From the NCBI RefSeq assembly GCF_025526975.1, contig NW_026515672.1:186001-250000 (forward strand): DNA of 64,000 nt. The letters run 5' to 3'. The notes beneath the pieces were generated by a model. It was given only the letters and a program-made list of their open reading frames with translations. It made no database searches and was not told the origin of the DNA. This stretch comes from Fimicolochytrium jonesii (lineage: Eukaryota). Positions 21,357 to 35,636 of this stretch are shown here, piece after piece. Each line of letters begins with the position of its first letter. Position 1 is the first letter of the stretch. A program made the translations under genes and the position numbers.

Positions 21357-21718
21357 GTTGATAGCTCAGAAGTATGAGGGTGGTCGTTTGTGATTCCCTT
21401 GAGAATGCGAAAGTGCTGGCGAGAGACACGGATACCGAGCGCCACGGAGATGTTCAATGCTGGTGGATATCGAGAGAAGGAGGAAAGGACCCTCTATGCA
21501 ACTACTGTAACGCAGCTCGTGTGGATGAGGGTTCTGCCTGCCGGTTGTGCCGCATGGTTTCCAACTCTGACGAGCCAGTGACGGAGGGAGCACTCTTGCC
21601 GATCCTCAGGCCCTTCCTCCCTCACGCGTCTCTTCCACTCCGACCCTTGTGCTGTACATTTCATTACTCAAGTTGTGTATACTATACATTCTTGGGACTA
21701 TCTCAGTCCCTATCCCGA

Positions 21719-22780
21719 TCAGTAAGACTCAAACATGTCGCTCCTCACCCTCGCGAACTTTCCAGACCTTCCCGAGTCTCTACAGTGTGCCCTCCTGCGT
21801 CTACAGTTGCTATCCGTGCAAGGTTTGCGATCCAACACGGTCAAATTACCGGGTGCAGCCACATTCCCCAGCACGTTCGTTTGGGGCGGGAATGTCAATT
21901 GCATGTATAGGCGGTAAGAGAACTGGTCGCCGATAAGTCGTTCGTTTTTGGTGACAAAGTCGCGAAGGTCTTGCGGGACCTTCAGGGTGTATTCGCCTTT
22001 GTCGGCTGCGACGTTGTTGATGGCGTATTGGGGTAGCTCCTCGAAGTAATCGGAGAAGAAGAAGATCGAGAGCAGCACTGAGGATGTGAGTGTTAGCCAA
22101 GCTGGTCTGACAGCCCGTGGATCCGTCAGAGCAAGCCTCTCACCATTCTTCGGGAAGTTGAAGCCCCGCTGGTACTTCCATGTAATCTTGAGCTTGTCGC
22201 CCACGCGCACCGTCTTGGGACTAAAGTGCACTGACTCGAAAAGTGTGTAGTTCCGCGACGGCGGGGCAACTTTGCACTTCAACGGACAGAATGTCTGCTC
22301 GCTGTACCCCTCGGGATTTCCAAGCCCATCCACATCTTTCCCGTATGGCAGGCTTGTTGACAAACTGTATGATGCTAAAAATCAGCATCCTCAACATCAT
22401 AAGAGCTACTGGCATCTGAGAAGTGACTGATCTCACCATAAATTTTGATTCGTGTAGTTCACGAGCGCGGAAGGCCCGTACTGATACCAATCCAACTGCC
22501 CCGAGATATTACTATCCGTCAGCAGATTGGTGCTCGATGGGCCGTTCACCGGCGTCCCAGCATCCTCCGATGCGTTGCTGACAGCGTTTTGCGCATAGAT
22601 CTGCCATGTGAACACGCCTCGTGATGGCTTGCTGTTGTCTTCGCGCAATTTCCATGTTACGTTGACGGAATGGCCTAGCTCCACCTTGGAGGGTTTGCAT
22701 TCGATGTCGTGGAGCGTGGGGACCGCTTGGATGCTTAAGGCTAGTAATAGAGGCAGAGCGAGAAGCGCTGATCTGAACAT
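21719..22780 (-). CDS. Secreted protein with two tandem beta-sandwich-like (Kre9/Knh1-N-like) repeats
   Basis: Signal peptide MFRSALLALPLLLALSIQA. Repeat 1 IECKPSKVELGHSVNVTWK...GQLDW; repeat 2 VHFSPKTVRVGDKLKITWK...GEYTLKVP. One intron near 22435..22347. Confidence 0.6.
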
Positions 22781-23164
22781 CTTGATGAAGCGGTGAATCA
22801 GGCGTGATCTAAGCGATGGTGCAGTGAGAGTAGATCTAGAGATTTCCGCTGACGATGCCGACAAAGAGTGTGTTGTACGAATTGAGTAAATGTATCAGAA
22901 TGGCAGACACCTCTGAGTCTACCGGCCATCGGACAGGAGAATGGGCGCTAGAATATATATGCTTTCCACCCACCGCATAAGGCTTTATGGGGGCTCTATG
23001 TCCAGGTTTCACCCGCGAAAACGCGTGAGGTAAGAATTGTGTGTCATCGACGAGCGACGCGCGGTACGAAATCTCCTAGTTACATGGGAACCCGAGTCCG
23101 CACTTCGACAAACGTCTGCCGGGGTCTATCTCAGTAACCTTGCTGAACACCCAAAAACTCAGGC

Positions 23165-24267
23165 ATGTCCCGCCGCAACCCCACCCTCGGTCTTCTCATC
23201 CCCGCCTACATCTACCCTCGCGCCCACGAATCTGATCCGTATCCATCGCTCCGCAAGTACGTTCTCTTGCCCTCCCTCGCTCCCAATCCACCCCACATCT
23301 TGCATCATCGCTAACCCACTCACCTTCCAGCTGGACCCCCCTCCTAACCCTCCTCCAAACACACCCCACCATCCCCACAACCCTCATCCTCAACCCCGCC
23401 TCCGGCCCCGGCCCCTCCCCACTCCCCGACGAAGTCTACGCCCACGCCATCGCCACCCTCCGCACGACCTGCCCGCACGTCACTTTGGTCGGTTACGTCG
23501 CCACCGGGTACACGCGCGTGTCGCTTGCGAAGGCGGTGGAGGAGGTTGGGCGCTATGCGGGGTGGCGGGTGGGGCAGGGCGTCGCGGAGGTTGGTGGTGG
23601 CGGTGATGCTGGGCCCGGCGTGACGCAGACGCTGGCGCTGGATGGCATATTCTTTGATGAAGTGGGCAGCGATGAGGCTGGAAAGGGGTATTACCATACA
23701 CTTGCGGAGGAGGTTGTGAGGCATTTCGCGGGACGGACGGTAGCGTGTACGACCCCAGTCGTGATACATAACCCTGGGGTGGTGCCGAGTGGGCCGTGGC
23801 CGTTCCGTCCCGCCGCTGTTACCGGAGATGCACCCGGGTGGAATGGGATCGCCGAGCCGATCGTGGTAGTGAGTGAGAGAAAAGCGGTGGATTATTCCCC
23901 CGTATCACCACGAATTGCGGCGCTCGATGCAAAGGAAGCTGAGGGATACCGGGTCATGCCTGAACGATGCGCGGTGATCTTGAACCGGGTAGAGACGCGG
24001 AAGATGGCGGAGGATGTGTTGACGAGGATCCTAATGGACGATCGGGTTGGGTGGGTATGGTTTACGGAGGATGACCAGTAAGTTTCATCGGGGATATGAG
24101 AGCGCCGTATTGCGGGAGAGGCCTTTTCATGCTGAAGCTGAACGGTTTGCAGTTATCACGCGTTTCCGGCCTATCTTCCTTATGTATTCAACACGCTAGC
24201 GCACGGCCCAGGATCAGTCGAGTCGACAAGCAATGAGGGCCGAACTCCAGCTCATAATACCAAGTAG
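23165..24267 (+). CDS. Spherulation-specific family 4 / Sph3-like (GH135) glycoside hydrolase
   Basis: Three exons. LLIPAYIYP, WTPL, LILNPASGPG, LVGYVATGY, LDGIFFDE, VIHNPG, IVVVSE, GWVWFTED, YHAFP. Confidence 0.85.
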
Positions 24268-24372
24268 CTTCGAGTGTGTAACTAGTTAGATTCAGAACTA
24301 CTGAATCTATTGCAAAACTTCTGAGATCAATGACCTCTATGTACATTCGATAGCTGATAGCACCTATGGAAC

Positions 24373-25326
24373 CTAAGACAAAATGATCGCCTGACATCCC
24401 CAAGACTGCGATTAGAGAAGAAATTCCAACAAGCTTTTGAAGCATTAAAACGAGCGAGACGCACCAACATCGACAAAATCCCGATCATCATGAACAACCT
24501 CGAGACGAATGACCCCGGTTGAAATGCGTCAGGTGCTGGTCGTTGGCCCGCTACACCGCCCATTTGCGTTCCAACGCTCTGCGTGAAAAACACCAGTTTG
24601 TGAAAAAGCTGCTTCGCGCCAAATCCAAGCCCTGACGCTGGTACTTACAAAGTGAACCCCAAACAACGACGGAAAGATCCCCAGACCAACAGTAACCCCA
24701 TTCCCCGTCGGTCCGCCTCCACCGAACCCTTGCCACCCGCCCCCGTATCGTGTGACCTGTGGAGGCGCTGCAGCCGTAGGTCTCTTTGGAATCACCTTCA
24801 ATCTGCGCTCTCATATTAGTCCCGAAACTTCCTCCATGAACATCCCGTCTCTCGAACATCCCACATACCGAGGATCCTCCGCCTCCCTACCCCTCCCATA
24901 AATCGGTATAATCTTATCCTGCTCAACCTTCGCTTTGCACACCGGACACGCTTTGGCGAACGCCGATCGAGTCTGCATCCAGTAGTGCAGGCATGGCCAG
25001 CAGAAGAGGTGGCCGCATAAGGTCACGACTGGACTCGAAGCCACTTCCAAACAGACGTTGCACTCGTAGTCGTTGCCTTCGTCGTCGTCCAGAGGCGCAG
25101 TTGGGGAAGTTGGGGCATTGGCGGCCGTTGAAGTGGCGCTCGTTGCGGTAGGGGTGGGCATCTCGTCTGTTGGACCAGGGAGAGGTGGAGACACCGCTGT
25201 CGTAGGCTCTTCTGAGGCTGAGTTGCGCCGCCGGAAAGCGAGTGTCAGAGAGGGATTGTGGGAAGTTGTCGCGGCTGAGCTAGAGCTTGGCACTGGGCGA
25301 TCTGAAGCCGCGGTTGGCTCGCTCAT
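24373..25326 (-). CDS. RNF5/RNF185 (RMA1)-like membrane-anchored RING-HC E3 ligase
   Basis: YECNVCLEVASSPVVTLCGHLFCWPCLHYW...CPVCKA...IIPIYGRG, then IPKRP, GLGIFPSLFG and C-terminal FVSRLFMMIGILSML. Confidence 0.9.
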
Positions 25327-25564
25327 ATTGCAGAAAGTAGACGTCAGTATCGTCCTGAATAACTCTACGCAGACGGTTGGTGCGTTGGTTGCTTTCGAGA
25401 AGGGATGCGAGTGTTATACAAGTGCGTGAATTCGACCTTGGCGCCGTCGACTTGTGACGTAAAGGCCCAACTCCAGAAAACGCGTTGCTCGCAAATAAAC
25501 TCTCCAGGGACCTTCGTATCCTGTATATGCTAACTGTATGACTATGCGATATCTACAGCCATCA

Positions 25565-28500
25565 CTACAGCTCATCCTTCACAGCGGATTTGACCTCGAA
25601 AGTCCGTGCTGGCAGTGCGGTCAATGTCGCCGATGGGCCCGCGGTCCTGCCTTCCGCCTTCTTTGCAACAGCAGCCACTTCCTTGTCCAAACCGTCCCAC
25701 TCTGGCAAGATGCGTCGTGCGCGCTCCAGCTTCGGTTCTTTGGTTAGAGGATTGTTGCACTATTGGGAAGGTGATATCGGTTAGCATACATCTCCGTTTG
25801 CGACAGGTTAATGAGTAGGACTTACAAGATCAATAGTTTTCGCAGTTTTTAGAGATGCATCGCTGCACCACGTCTCGCACCAAAGCCTGTTCATTCCATC
25901 ATTGTATGTTGTGAGCTCGAGAACATGGTGAGAGAAGTTGGGGCCAGGTCACATACCAGTCCTGCGGCAGAGAGAAAATGGGGATCTGGCTGCGGGTGTT
26001 CATATTGTTCGGAAGATCCTGATCCAGATTGGCGAGCGACCCAGCGTCCGCGCTCAGCATCTGATATTGCTGACGGAGACGATCACCAGCAGCCAGTTCG
26101 CGGAAGCGGTTCAGGTCCACTACATACAACGCACTGGTAAATGATTCGTTAGTCTAAGACGTTTATGCTGCGGCAGAAGCCACTTCATGAAGCGCTTACC
26201 TGATATGGTACGGCTTTCCAGCCAGGTGGTCTTTCCAGTAGCCATTCTTCCAGAACCTGAAGCCGTCCATCTCCTTTCGGTCATCGCAGAAAGGTGTGTA
26301 ACCGTACACGGCACCCTCTAGATCCATCTCCACAAGTTCGATCAAGTCGGTACGAACAACCTGGTCGGCATCGACGAATATGACCTTTTCGAGATCGAGC
26401 GGGAAGAGGACATCCAGGAATAAGATCTTGTACCTGAGGTAACATCTCGGGATTAGACCGCGATTTTGAAAATGGTCAACTCAAAAGAAACCAGGCCCAC
26501 CCCCAAATGGTTCTTTGTTTCTCCGTTTGCTGACGAAGCCAATGCGGCCATTTGTCTGTACGGCGGGGGACAGTGTTTCAGCTGATGACCAGCATCACAT
26601 CACAGGATAAGTAAAGGAGTGGATTACTCACATGTCACAAGCTCGTACTCGAACCCGTAGGCCTCCGCGAGATGAGGTATGAAAGCCTTCCGAGAAAATT
26701 AGGATTGAAAAGCCTTCTTACAAACAGCTAGCAAACGTTAACCGCTTACCTTAAAGGATGGCGATAAGAAATTCCGAATGAACCAAAACTTCACAGGATT
26801 CTTGGTTTGTTTGACAACGCTAGATGAGATGGCGACGGTAAGCCGGAAGCGCGCATGATTCGAAAAATGGAAGAGCAATCTAACCTGAGCATCATGATGG
26901 AGAGGAAGCGTTCGTACAAATGTCCAGATGCCACAGAAAAGATGTTGATGGTCGTGTTGCTCGGAGCACCGTTCCCGAAGATGCTGGAGCACAAAGCCAG
27001 AATGTGAGATAACGCGAATCAGACCTTCCTCCTATACTGTTACTCACGTGCTCTTGAATTTGCCCCACAGTTTCGCCGCACCGTGAGCTTCTTCCTTTTT
27101 CTCAACGGTCGCAACAGCTAAAACATCTTCGTTTTCTTTCCCAGCCTTTTTCCTCACAACAGGGAAGATGGTAACGCCCTCAAAGCTGTTGACAACGACC
27201 TTGACAGTATCAAGATCTTGTCCGGAAGGCAGCTTGTCCTGGAAGCTCGTCGACACCGAACTGATCTCGTATATGTCCTTTGACCGGCCGTCACGGAGGC
27301 GGAGTTCCCAGATGCCCGGATTGGCTTTGAGTTGCAGGTATCCGAGGTTTGCCATGGTAATCGTGTCCAGGAGCGCAGGATTCTGCGGCGTGCCCAGAAG
27401 GAACTGTAAACCTCGCGGTGGTCCGTTTGTAGGCAATTCGCGGGCGTGACCTAAAGAGAAAAGTTGCATGATGCGAATGAGCCGTAGACACCAACGAAAG
27501 ACCATTTCTAAAACATACCTTCCACCAAAATGTTCTCGAGGGTGAACTCAGCCTCAACACCAGCGGGCCCATGTACTTTATTCAAGCGGATGTTATCCAA
27601 ATCCTGCTCAGACCGGGTCGGAAAAACAAGCCATGCGTTCGGCACGTCCATTCCCAATGTATAGAGAGGCTCCGTTGGTAGACCATGGAACTCGGCCGTA
27701 GGCGCTACAAGTTCACCCTCGCCATTGAAGGCAGGCTCTGCAGAAAGCACATAGCGGTAGAATCTCGTGATGGGCAACTTCTCAGTGGCCTTGGTCTCCG
27801 GGTTGAACACGATGGTGACGGAGACGCCTTCCAGGGTGCTCAGAACGCGGAGAATTGCAGATGTCTTTTGGGCTGCCTCGCTTAGCGGGTCTACCACGGC
27901 GAAGATACGGATCGTCGCCGTGTTGACATCGCCAGTAATGATGGCACTGTATATCCGAATGTCAATTTCATAACGCTCGGTAGACATGTGAACGAAGTGG
28001 CGTTCTTCACCTCTTCTCGGTCGCCACTGCCGCGAAAGCGTCCAGAGTAAGTCGAGGGGCTGGTACTTGTTCTATACTGGCCTCATTGCTCTGGACACTC
28101 AACGCGCCCAAAGCAGACGTGACCTTCATAATGCCATCCGCCTTTCTTGCTCTAAAGAGTAACAGATGTAAGAGTCACATCGGAATCAGACGTTCCCTAC
28201 TTCATCGTACGCTGTAGCTTCTGAGTCCACATCAGTTGCCCACAAACTGGTGAGCTTCTTGGCCACGGCTTCTATTCTGTGCGTTCGTTCCGCGGTGACG
28301 AGAAGGTGGAAATCCTCTTCGTCAAAAGTTATTGTGGATGCAATAGGGCCCACGATCTGAGAAGGGACTGTAAGCACCGGTGACGGCGCTTGTATGCGAG
28401 CTTACGTCACAATCTCACCCTTCCGTTAACGACAATCCCGGATTCTCCCAAATCAATGCCAATCTTCTTCGCAAAGATCTTCATTGCCGAGGTGAGCGCT

Positions 28501-31500
28501 TGATGCTCTGTGCAGCAATACGTAAATGAGAAGGAACTCGCGATATGTTTCTCCGGTGTTTCTGGGGTGAACATACTATGCAAGATGCTCTCCAGTTCCT
28601 TTCTTTGAACGGGCGACAGGTCTTGGGCAACGAACGCGCCAGAAGTGGGATACGGAGCTCCATTGTGCAGCAACGATAAGCGAACGTCCGAATGAGTGTC
28701 CTGCAAAGGAAAGCCGTCAGGGCTTGCACTCCCGCCGTAGAGATCTACCGTCAACCGCACCATGTAAATGTACGCGTCGCGAGCCAGACGTTGTCCTGCC
28801 TCCGTGGTAAAATCGGCCATCACAATCAACGAGATCATAGAGATGTTATCAAGGCCTATTGAATCCAAATTCTTAGCAAAAGAAGCTGAATCGCATGTGC
28901 GAGGGGCTGTTACCTGATGACAACCATGCAAGCTTCTCCAGCACGCCGCAACCGTCGCATCGCAACAGATCGACGATCCGCGGTGCGCCGAAGACGAGCT
29001 GACTGCGTTTCGCGTGCACATTTGGAAGCGTCATGAAGTATTCGTACAGATCCGTGGTGTCTGTTATTTTGCTTTCGTACACCTAATAAACGGGATGAGC
29101 AGCGCATCACAGCGGTGTCGTCCCCATTTGTTCATCATACCTGGACGGAAAGGTATTCCACCATTTGCATGTAAGTAGATACCAGGGTTTGCTGCCATGT
29201 CTGTCGTTTGAAAAGAGGAGACGTCAGCAGATAGCTATCCAACACGATTGGAACTAAACGAATCCATACATCATCGACGTCAATGTATTTTCCGTTGGCA
29301 AAAATCGCTCCCTGTTCCAATGACACTCCCGTTTTGCGGTCTAGCTGCTGGAGCTTAGCAAACAATCCTCCCCCTTCCGCCCCTTCATCCATCCATTTTG
29401 AGAGTTCCGGCTGCAGTTTCTTTTCAGCGATTTGGAAGTACGCGTCCGCAATGTTCTTTATTGTGATGGTTCCTGACGAAGATCCGACGAGATACAGCTG
29501 CAGGCACCACATTAGCATCTCCCGGTTGGCATCTCTTTCGGCTGCGTATCTTCACCTGCTCGATGAAGGCCTTGCTAGCCTTCAACGACGTAGTCCTCTT
29601 CAGAAGGTAGAAAGTAGTAGCGGCGACTGAAGCTTATACCCAGGCAAGAGAGACATTTAGATGCAATATAGTGCGCCGCAAGTGAGTAGGATGGCCTCTC
29701 CGCAGTTGCCAAATTTTCCTTGAGCGAAGTCCAAGCAGACACATACCTGGCGAAGTTTCACTCTCAGCATCCACAATGGGCGCTATGCCAAGACGCAGAG
29801 GAATATCACGAGGAATCATTTGAAGTGCTTGGACCATCAAACCGAGATGAGATGGATTGCTGAGATCCAGTCGGAACAGAACTTGCACGAGGTTTTTGCG
29901 AATGAATTTGAGTTGCGAAGGGTACGACGGTCTCAGTATCTACAGTGCTAGGCGTCAATGCAACGGCGACAAAAACCACAAGTGCATGCGGTGGTTTGCC
30001 AAGACCTCGCTTATCGATTTCGGCCAGCGGTTGTAGCGACTATCCTTTTCGAGATCATTCCACCATATTACGGCATCGGATCGAACGTCGAAAGCATCTC
30101 CCCAGGTGATTTCCGTCTCGGCCTTTTCGGTCAAAGGCGTGGTCAAGAGCTCCAACGCCTGACCGGAGGAAATATTGAGCGACGCGAGGGATGATATCAG
30201 GGCCAATTCTGCGCGTAAGGTTCGCTGCACACTACATGGCGGTGAGATGTCTCATAACGATCCTATTCGAAAGCATATCCGACAAACCTGAAGATATCGA
30301 CGTGAACCAAGTCCTTCTCCAGCCCGTTGATCCACATGCGATTCTTGATTCCCGCGAGTTTCGGCATGTTTTGACGTAGCTCCGCGACCACTGCATCATC
30401 CAGTTTCGTGTCCTTCAACAGGTGCGCAAACTTGGGGAAGTTCTGCGAGATGTCGACCAGGCTTTTCAGCGGATTGGACGACCCAAGAATGAACTGCGTG
30501 GTCTGGAAGCCCAGGGCTGATGAGAGTAGAATCCGATTAGGTCCAAACCTGCCCGTTAGACTTCAAAGTAATACAAACCTCTTGTCTCATTCGCATGCAA
30601 GGGAACCGTACGGGGAGGGATCTCTCGCAAGATATCGTCATCATCTGGGCGGGTTTTGCTACCCGTTACCTCTTCAGACGAGCCTTTCTCTGTCAAGAGA
30701 ATCCTCATGAGCTCAGTATATTCCAGGCCACCGCATTACATCCCAATGAAGACATCGCACCTTGCTTGACATCACGGTCGTCCAGGACCTTGTACTCTGT
30801 ACTTTTCAGCGCGAGCTCGACGCCGTACCCGGCCACCATCAAAGGCTTTTCAGACGTCAGAAGCCGCGGCTTATACCTCAAAACGTACACGATTTGCTGT
30901 TTCGATGCCATCTCGTGCAAGACTTTGTGCAGTGCTTCGAAAGTGGACGAGAATACGTCCGCGTACAAGATGATGGTCGGAATATTCGCATCTTCAGTAA
31001 GACGCAAGACCTTGTCGAAAGGGTATACGATCGGTTCTGGGCTGCGCCTGCTGATGCGCAAAAGCAGATTCGTCCATTAGGTCGGCGACGCACGGATGGT
31101 TTGACAAACATATATTGAAGATAACGTTCGGACAATCTAGCTGTCCAACAACCATAGCACATATCGGCTCTGTAACCCTGCCCTTTCTCGAAGACTCATA
31201 CGCCATATATCCCAACTCCGGTAAAGAAGATCCCCAGCTCTCAAGCGAACTGCCTACGCCCTTAAGGCTTTGAGACCACTAACCTTGAACTTCCAGCCTG
31301 CATCCGCTCCTGCAGTCCTTCCGGCGTACAGATTTGCGCCCCATACCAATCCATCCATGACTCGCAACTCTCATCAAAAGTCTTCTCAGAGCTGTTCCTG
31401 TGGCCCAGGAGGACCTCGTCAGAATAAAGCCGATATTGCGCCTGTATGCCGGGAGCGTGACTCCGCGTCGCTAATGCAAGCTTCAAGAGGGAAACGAAGG

Positions 31501-31888
31501 CACTGGCAGGCGTCGAGACATCTTCCGCCGTGCGCTGTGCAGGGACAACCGTATCCAAGCTCTCCAAGATGACTTTATAGCTTTGGTGATCTGAGGCATG
31601 GGAGATTTCCGATAACTTGCCCGAAGAGATGAGTGACGACAGGTACACAAACACGACCGGGCCTCCCTCTTGGTGAACGAAATCACTGCAAATGGATTAA
31701 CACCCGGGTTTGGTGTGGGCCGAAGAAACGTCAATTCGACCTACATACAGTGTGTCAAGTAGTAATGAAGGCGCTTGCCAGTCCGTTCGTAGCCACGCAA
31801 CGACTGGTGGCGAGGCACTTGTCGATGCGAGCCCAGACGAAGCCGCCGCCACAGCCAGCGCGGCCCATATTGACCTTACCAATACCAT
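25565..31888 (-). CDS. UGGT: UDP-glucose:glycoprotein glucosyltransferase (GT24), many exons
   Basis: Signal peptide, [91 protein letters not shown]-terminal KDEL-stop at 25565. Confidence 0.96.
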
Positions 31889-32649
31889 TGTGTGTCGGTA
31901 TTAGGGATCGTCGTCGTAAGTTCCTTCCAGAACGCGGAATGCATCGAGGCGAGTGCGGTCAGCCTTGAGAGCGTGTTCTCATGTTTCCCGCCCTATTTAA
32001 ACTTAAGCTTAGTCTTGGTGGTCACGTTGGACGATCACGAGAGTTTATTTAGAGTTTCGCTCCTCAACGTCATCGGGAATATCAGATCTTGCCATCGGCC
32101 TGATCTGAGCGGCGATGGAAACTTGCCGTTTGATTAGGATGTGGATTAGGATTAGGATTAGGCGTTCACAACAACTATGGGCCTACAGCCATGGGGTGCA
32201 GACGTCACAAAGCTCGTTTCTTTACAACCCCTTCGAACTTCCACATCTTGGACTCCCCCATGCAAATTGTGCACCTGGATCCCTGGCATCCACACTCTCT
32301 ACAGTACATACACACTCTCAAACGCACTGCTATAGTCCTCAGCGTCTACCAGAAATTTCTCTTCGGCATTTTTTCTATTTTGTCGAGAACTCCGTCTGTC
32401 CCGGCCGGCGGTGTTTTGAAGGTAATATTGCGCTGGACGCCGCCAGAGGGAGAGCGGACGAAAGCATTCGTGCTCAGACGCACGTCGCAATATCCAGTGC
32501 GATACATCGACTGTCTCTGGGCAGTGGTCCGCGTCTCTTTTTCTTTTGTCTTCGAAGCTGACTTTTTGTCACTTCCCCGCATCAGGACTGTGCGAAACAC
32601 CCGGAAACGCAAACCACCCTTTCAGACAGCCACTTTGCCTGTCAGCAAA

Positions 32650-35636
32650 ATGACTTCCCACGCTGAGGCGGCTCCCCACCCTCTTCTGCCGGCCACTTCA
32701 GTCACGACAATCCACGTCGAGCCGCGATTCACGTCGCGACGGGAGCAACTACTGCAGGGCGTGAAGAAGGTGGAGAATATTCACATCGAAGAGGAGCTGA
32801 ATTATCATGACAAAGATCATTCGAGGGCTCATGGGCACTGGAGGGAGCCTGAGGAAAGCAAGGACAAATCGGAACTCATAAGAAACCGGACGCTGAGCAT
32901 TGTGAGTACCCGAGCAGCCCATACTTTGATACGATTTTGTGGGAATCAAGAGAACGGCGCGCGGCAGATGGAGTCTTTTGGCTTTTTGATTCCAGCTGCG
33001 GCGATGGCCGAAACGGAAAGTGATTCCATACAAGGAGCTTACACACGGATCTTTCTTCTCTCTTCAAGTCCCATAGAAACCTTTACGGCAACGGCGGCCG
33101 AACAACCCCGCAGGATGAGAAAGATGATCCTTTTAAGCGCAGGCGACGAGGCTCCCATGATGAGAAGCTTGTTGGGAAGTCGCGGAAGTTTCTGATCGAC
33201 GTCGAGGAGACGCAAAGACTGATCTTGGCGCAGGAGGATACAGACGGGGATTTCCAGATCACCGTTCAGGATTCAGGGCCAAAGACGTTCCAGCTTGGGA
33301 CTGCAAACTCGAGTGGATACAGGAAATACGAAATCCGTGGGACGTATATGCTGTCAAATCTCCTGCAAGAGCTTGCTTTGGCCGCGGATTATGGTCGGAA
33401 GTTCATCGTGTTAGATGAAGAGCGATTGAACGAGAACCCTCTAGATAGATTGAGCCGTTTGATTAAGTATCACTTCTGGGATGGTTTAACCAGGAGAATC
33501 GATGCCGAAGGTGAGTGTTATGTTCCGCATCTAAACGTGCCTTCTTCCAGGCTTGCTGATACGGCGTACTCCAGGTCTTGAGGTCATCTGCAACGATCCT
33601 AAGAATAGGTCTCATGATCAACGACCCCGTGTCTACGTGCCATATCACGATCAGCTGGCGATGGACTACTACACAGATGTTGCGAAAACGCGACCTCATC
33701 TGAATCTGGACATCGTTCGTCTTCCAGAAATCATAACTCCACGATATGTGAAGTCTTTGAACCAGCACCCCGGGATTCTGTCGCTCGGCCTGCGGAAGAG
33801 CACCGATCCAAGGACGAAGAAGCCTGTGATCCGCGGGACACCGTTTGTTGTGCCAGGTGGTCGGTTCAACGAAATGTACGGCTGGGATAGTTATTTCGAG
33901 GCCCTAGGGTTGTTGGTCGATGGCCGTATCGAGCTCGCTCGCGGAATGGTGGAAAACTTCAACTACGAGATCGAGCATTATGGCAAGATTCTCAACGCCA
34001 ATCGGTCATACTATCTGACGCGATCCCAACCACCGTTCCTGACCGACATGATCCATCAAGTCGGGCTGAAGCTTCCAGAGAAAGCGTGGAAACCCACAGA
34101 ATTGAAAGCATGGCACGCGCAAGGCTACCGGGCGTCTATCAAGGAGCTGCTAAGCGTATGGATGGCAGCGCCGCGACTGGACGCCAAGACAGGGCTCTGC
34201 AAGTTCCATCCCGAAGGCATTGGTATGCCGCCCGAAACGGAAGCGAGCCATTTCACCCACATCTTAGAGCCGTATGCTCACAAGATGGGTATACCTCTGG
34301 AGGATTATATGCGAATGTACGACGAAGACGAAATTCAGGAGCCAGAATTAGATCAGTACTTTGTACACGACCGCGCTGTCCGTGAGAGCGGACATGACAC
34401 CACGTACCGGTACGAGAAGCGGTGCGCGAACCTGGCCACCATCGATCTGAACAGCTTGGTGTACAAGTACGACGTCGATTTAGAGAGGGTGGTCAGAGAG
34501 GAGTTTGGCGGAAACTTTAAACTACGGGTGCGAAGAGGTCCGGATGATACCTTCCTGATTCGTTTCAAAGAGTGGATGAAAGTGCTCGAAGCCAAAGGGG
34601 TAGCGGGCTCGGTTGGAGACGAAGGCGGGTGGGAGTCTGGATGGGCGAAAGGAATCCGGGTCTTCGACGACGAGATTGACGAAGAGTACAAGAAATGGGT
34701 TGAAACCGGGAGCCCCATCACATGCCCGGAAGAATCACCCAAGGGATACCCAGTATACCTAGTCGACGACACGCATTTCACCGTTTACTTCTTCCCATCA
34801 TTCTTCGCCGAACTCGGCGAACGCATGAAGGAACGGATCAATAAGTATCTGTGGAACCCGGTCGACAAGCTCTACTACGACTACGACTGTGCAGTGCAGG
34901 AAATGAGTGTCTACGAGACCGTTACCTGTCTATGGGCACTGTGGGCCGGGATTGCGACACAGGAGCAGGCGAACGCGATGGTTCCGCGTGCGTTGGAGCT
35001 GTTTGAAGTGACAGGGGGTCTGGTGTCTGGAACTGAGGTGTCTCGTGGTCTGATTTCTCTGGACCGGCCCAACAGGCAATGGGATTACCCTTACGGTACT
35101 ATACTCTTCTTGAAACGGTGGGTTATGCATCGAGTACACAGCTGATATGGTCTTCCATGTTTAGGATGGGCTCCGCACCAAATCCTCGCCTGGCCCGGCC
35201 TTGTCAAGTACGGCTTCGTAGAGGACGCACGTCGTGTTGCGTACCGCTGGATGTACACCATCACGAAAAGTTTCGTCGACTTTAACGGTGTCGTACCAGA
35301 GAAGTTCGACGTTGTCGACATGACGCACAAAGTCGAGGTCGAGTATGGAAACGTCGGTGCCGACTTCCGATTTGTCGTCCGAGAAGGATTTGGCTGGATG
35401 AACGCCAGTTTCCAGGTACGTTGTGGGACGCTCCATTTTCTTTCATAGGTCCGGTCACTGACGTTACGTCCTCCTTCTTTTCGCAGCTGGGTCTCACCCA
35501 CCTCACCAAAGGCATGAAGCGCGCATTGGGAGCTCTGACACCTCCCGAACAACTATTCATCAAGAACGGGCAGAAAGCACACATCTTCCCAGATCTCCCC
35601 GTTCAATCGGGGTCATCGAACCCCAATTCCGCCTGA
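32650..35636 (+). CDS. NTH1: Neutral trehalase (GH37) with N-terminal PKA-type sites and Ca-binding motif
   Basis: [89 protein letters not shown]. Confidence 0.96.

Noticed and set aside
23014..23026. CGCGAAA + ACGCGT (SCB/E2F- and MCB-like) motifs; ACGCGT also at 4662, 4684, 17231 and 25480
   Set aside because: Six- to seven-base motifs are expected many times by chance at this GC content, and the neighbours are not cell-cycle genes.
32144..32162. (GATTAG)3 short repeat, and other microsatellites near 12310, 17135, 17237 and 19284
   Set aside because: Ordinary short simple repeats.
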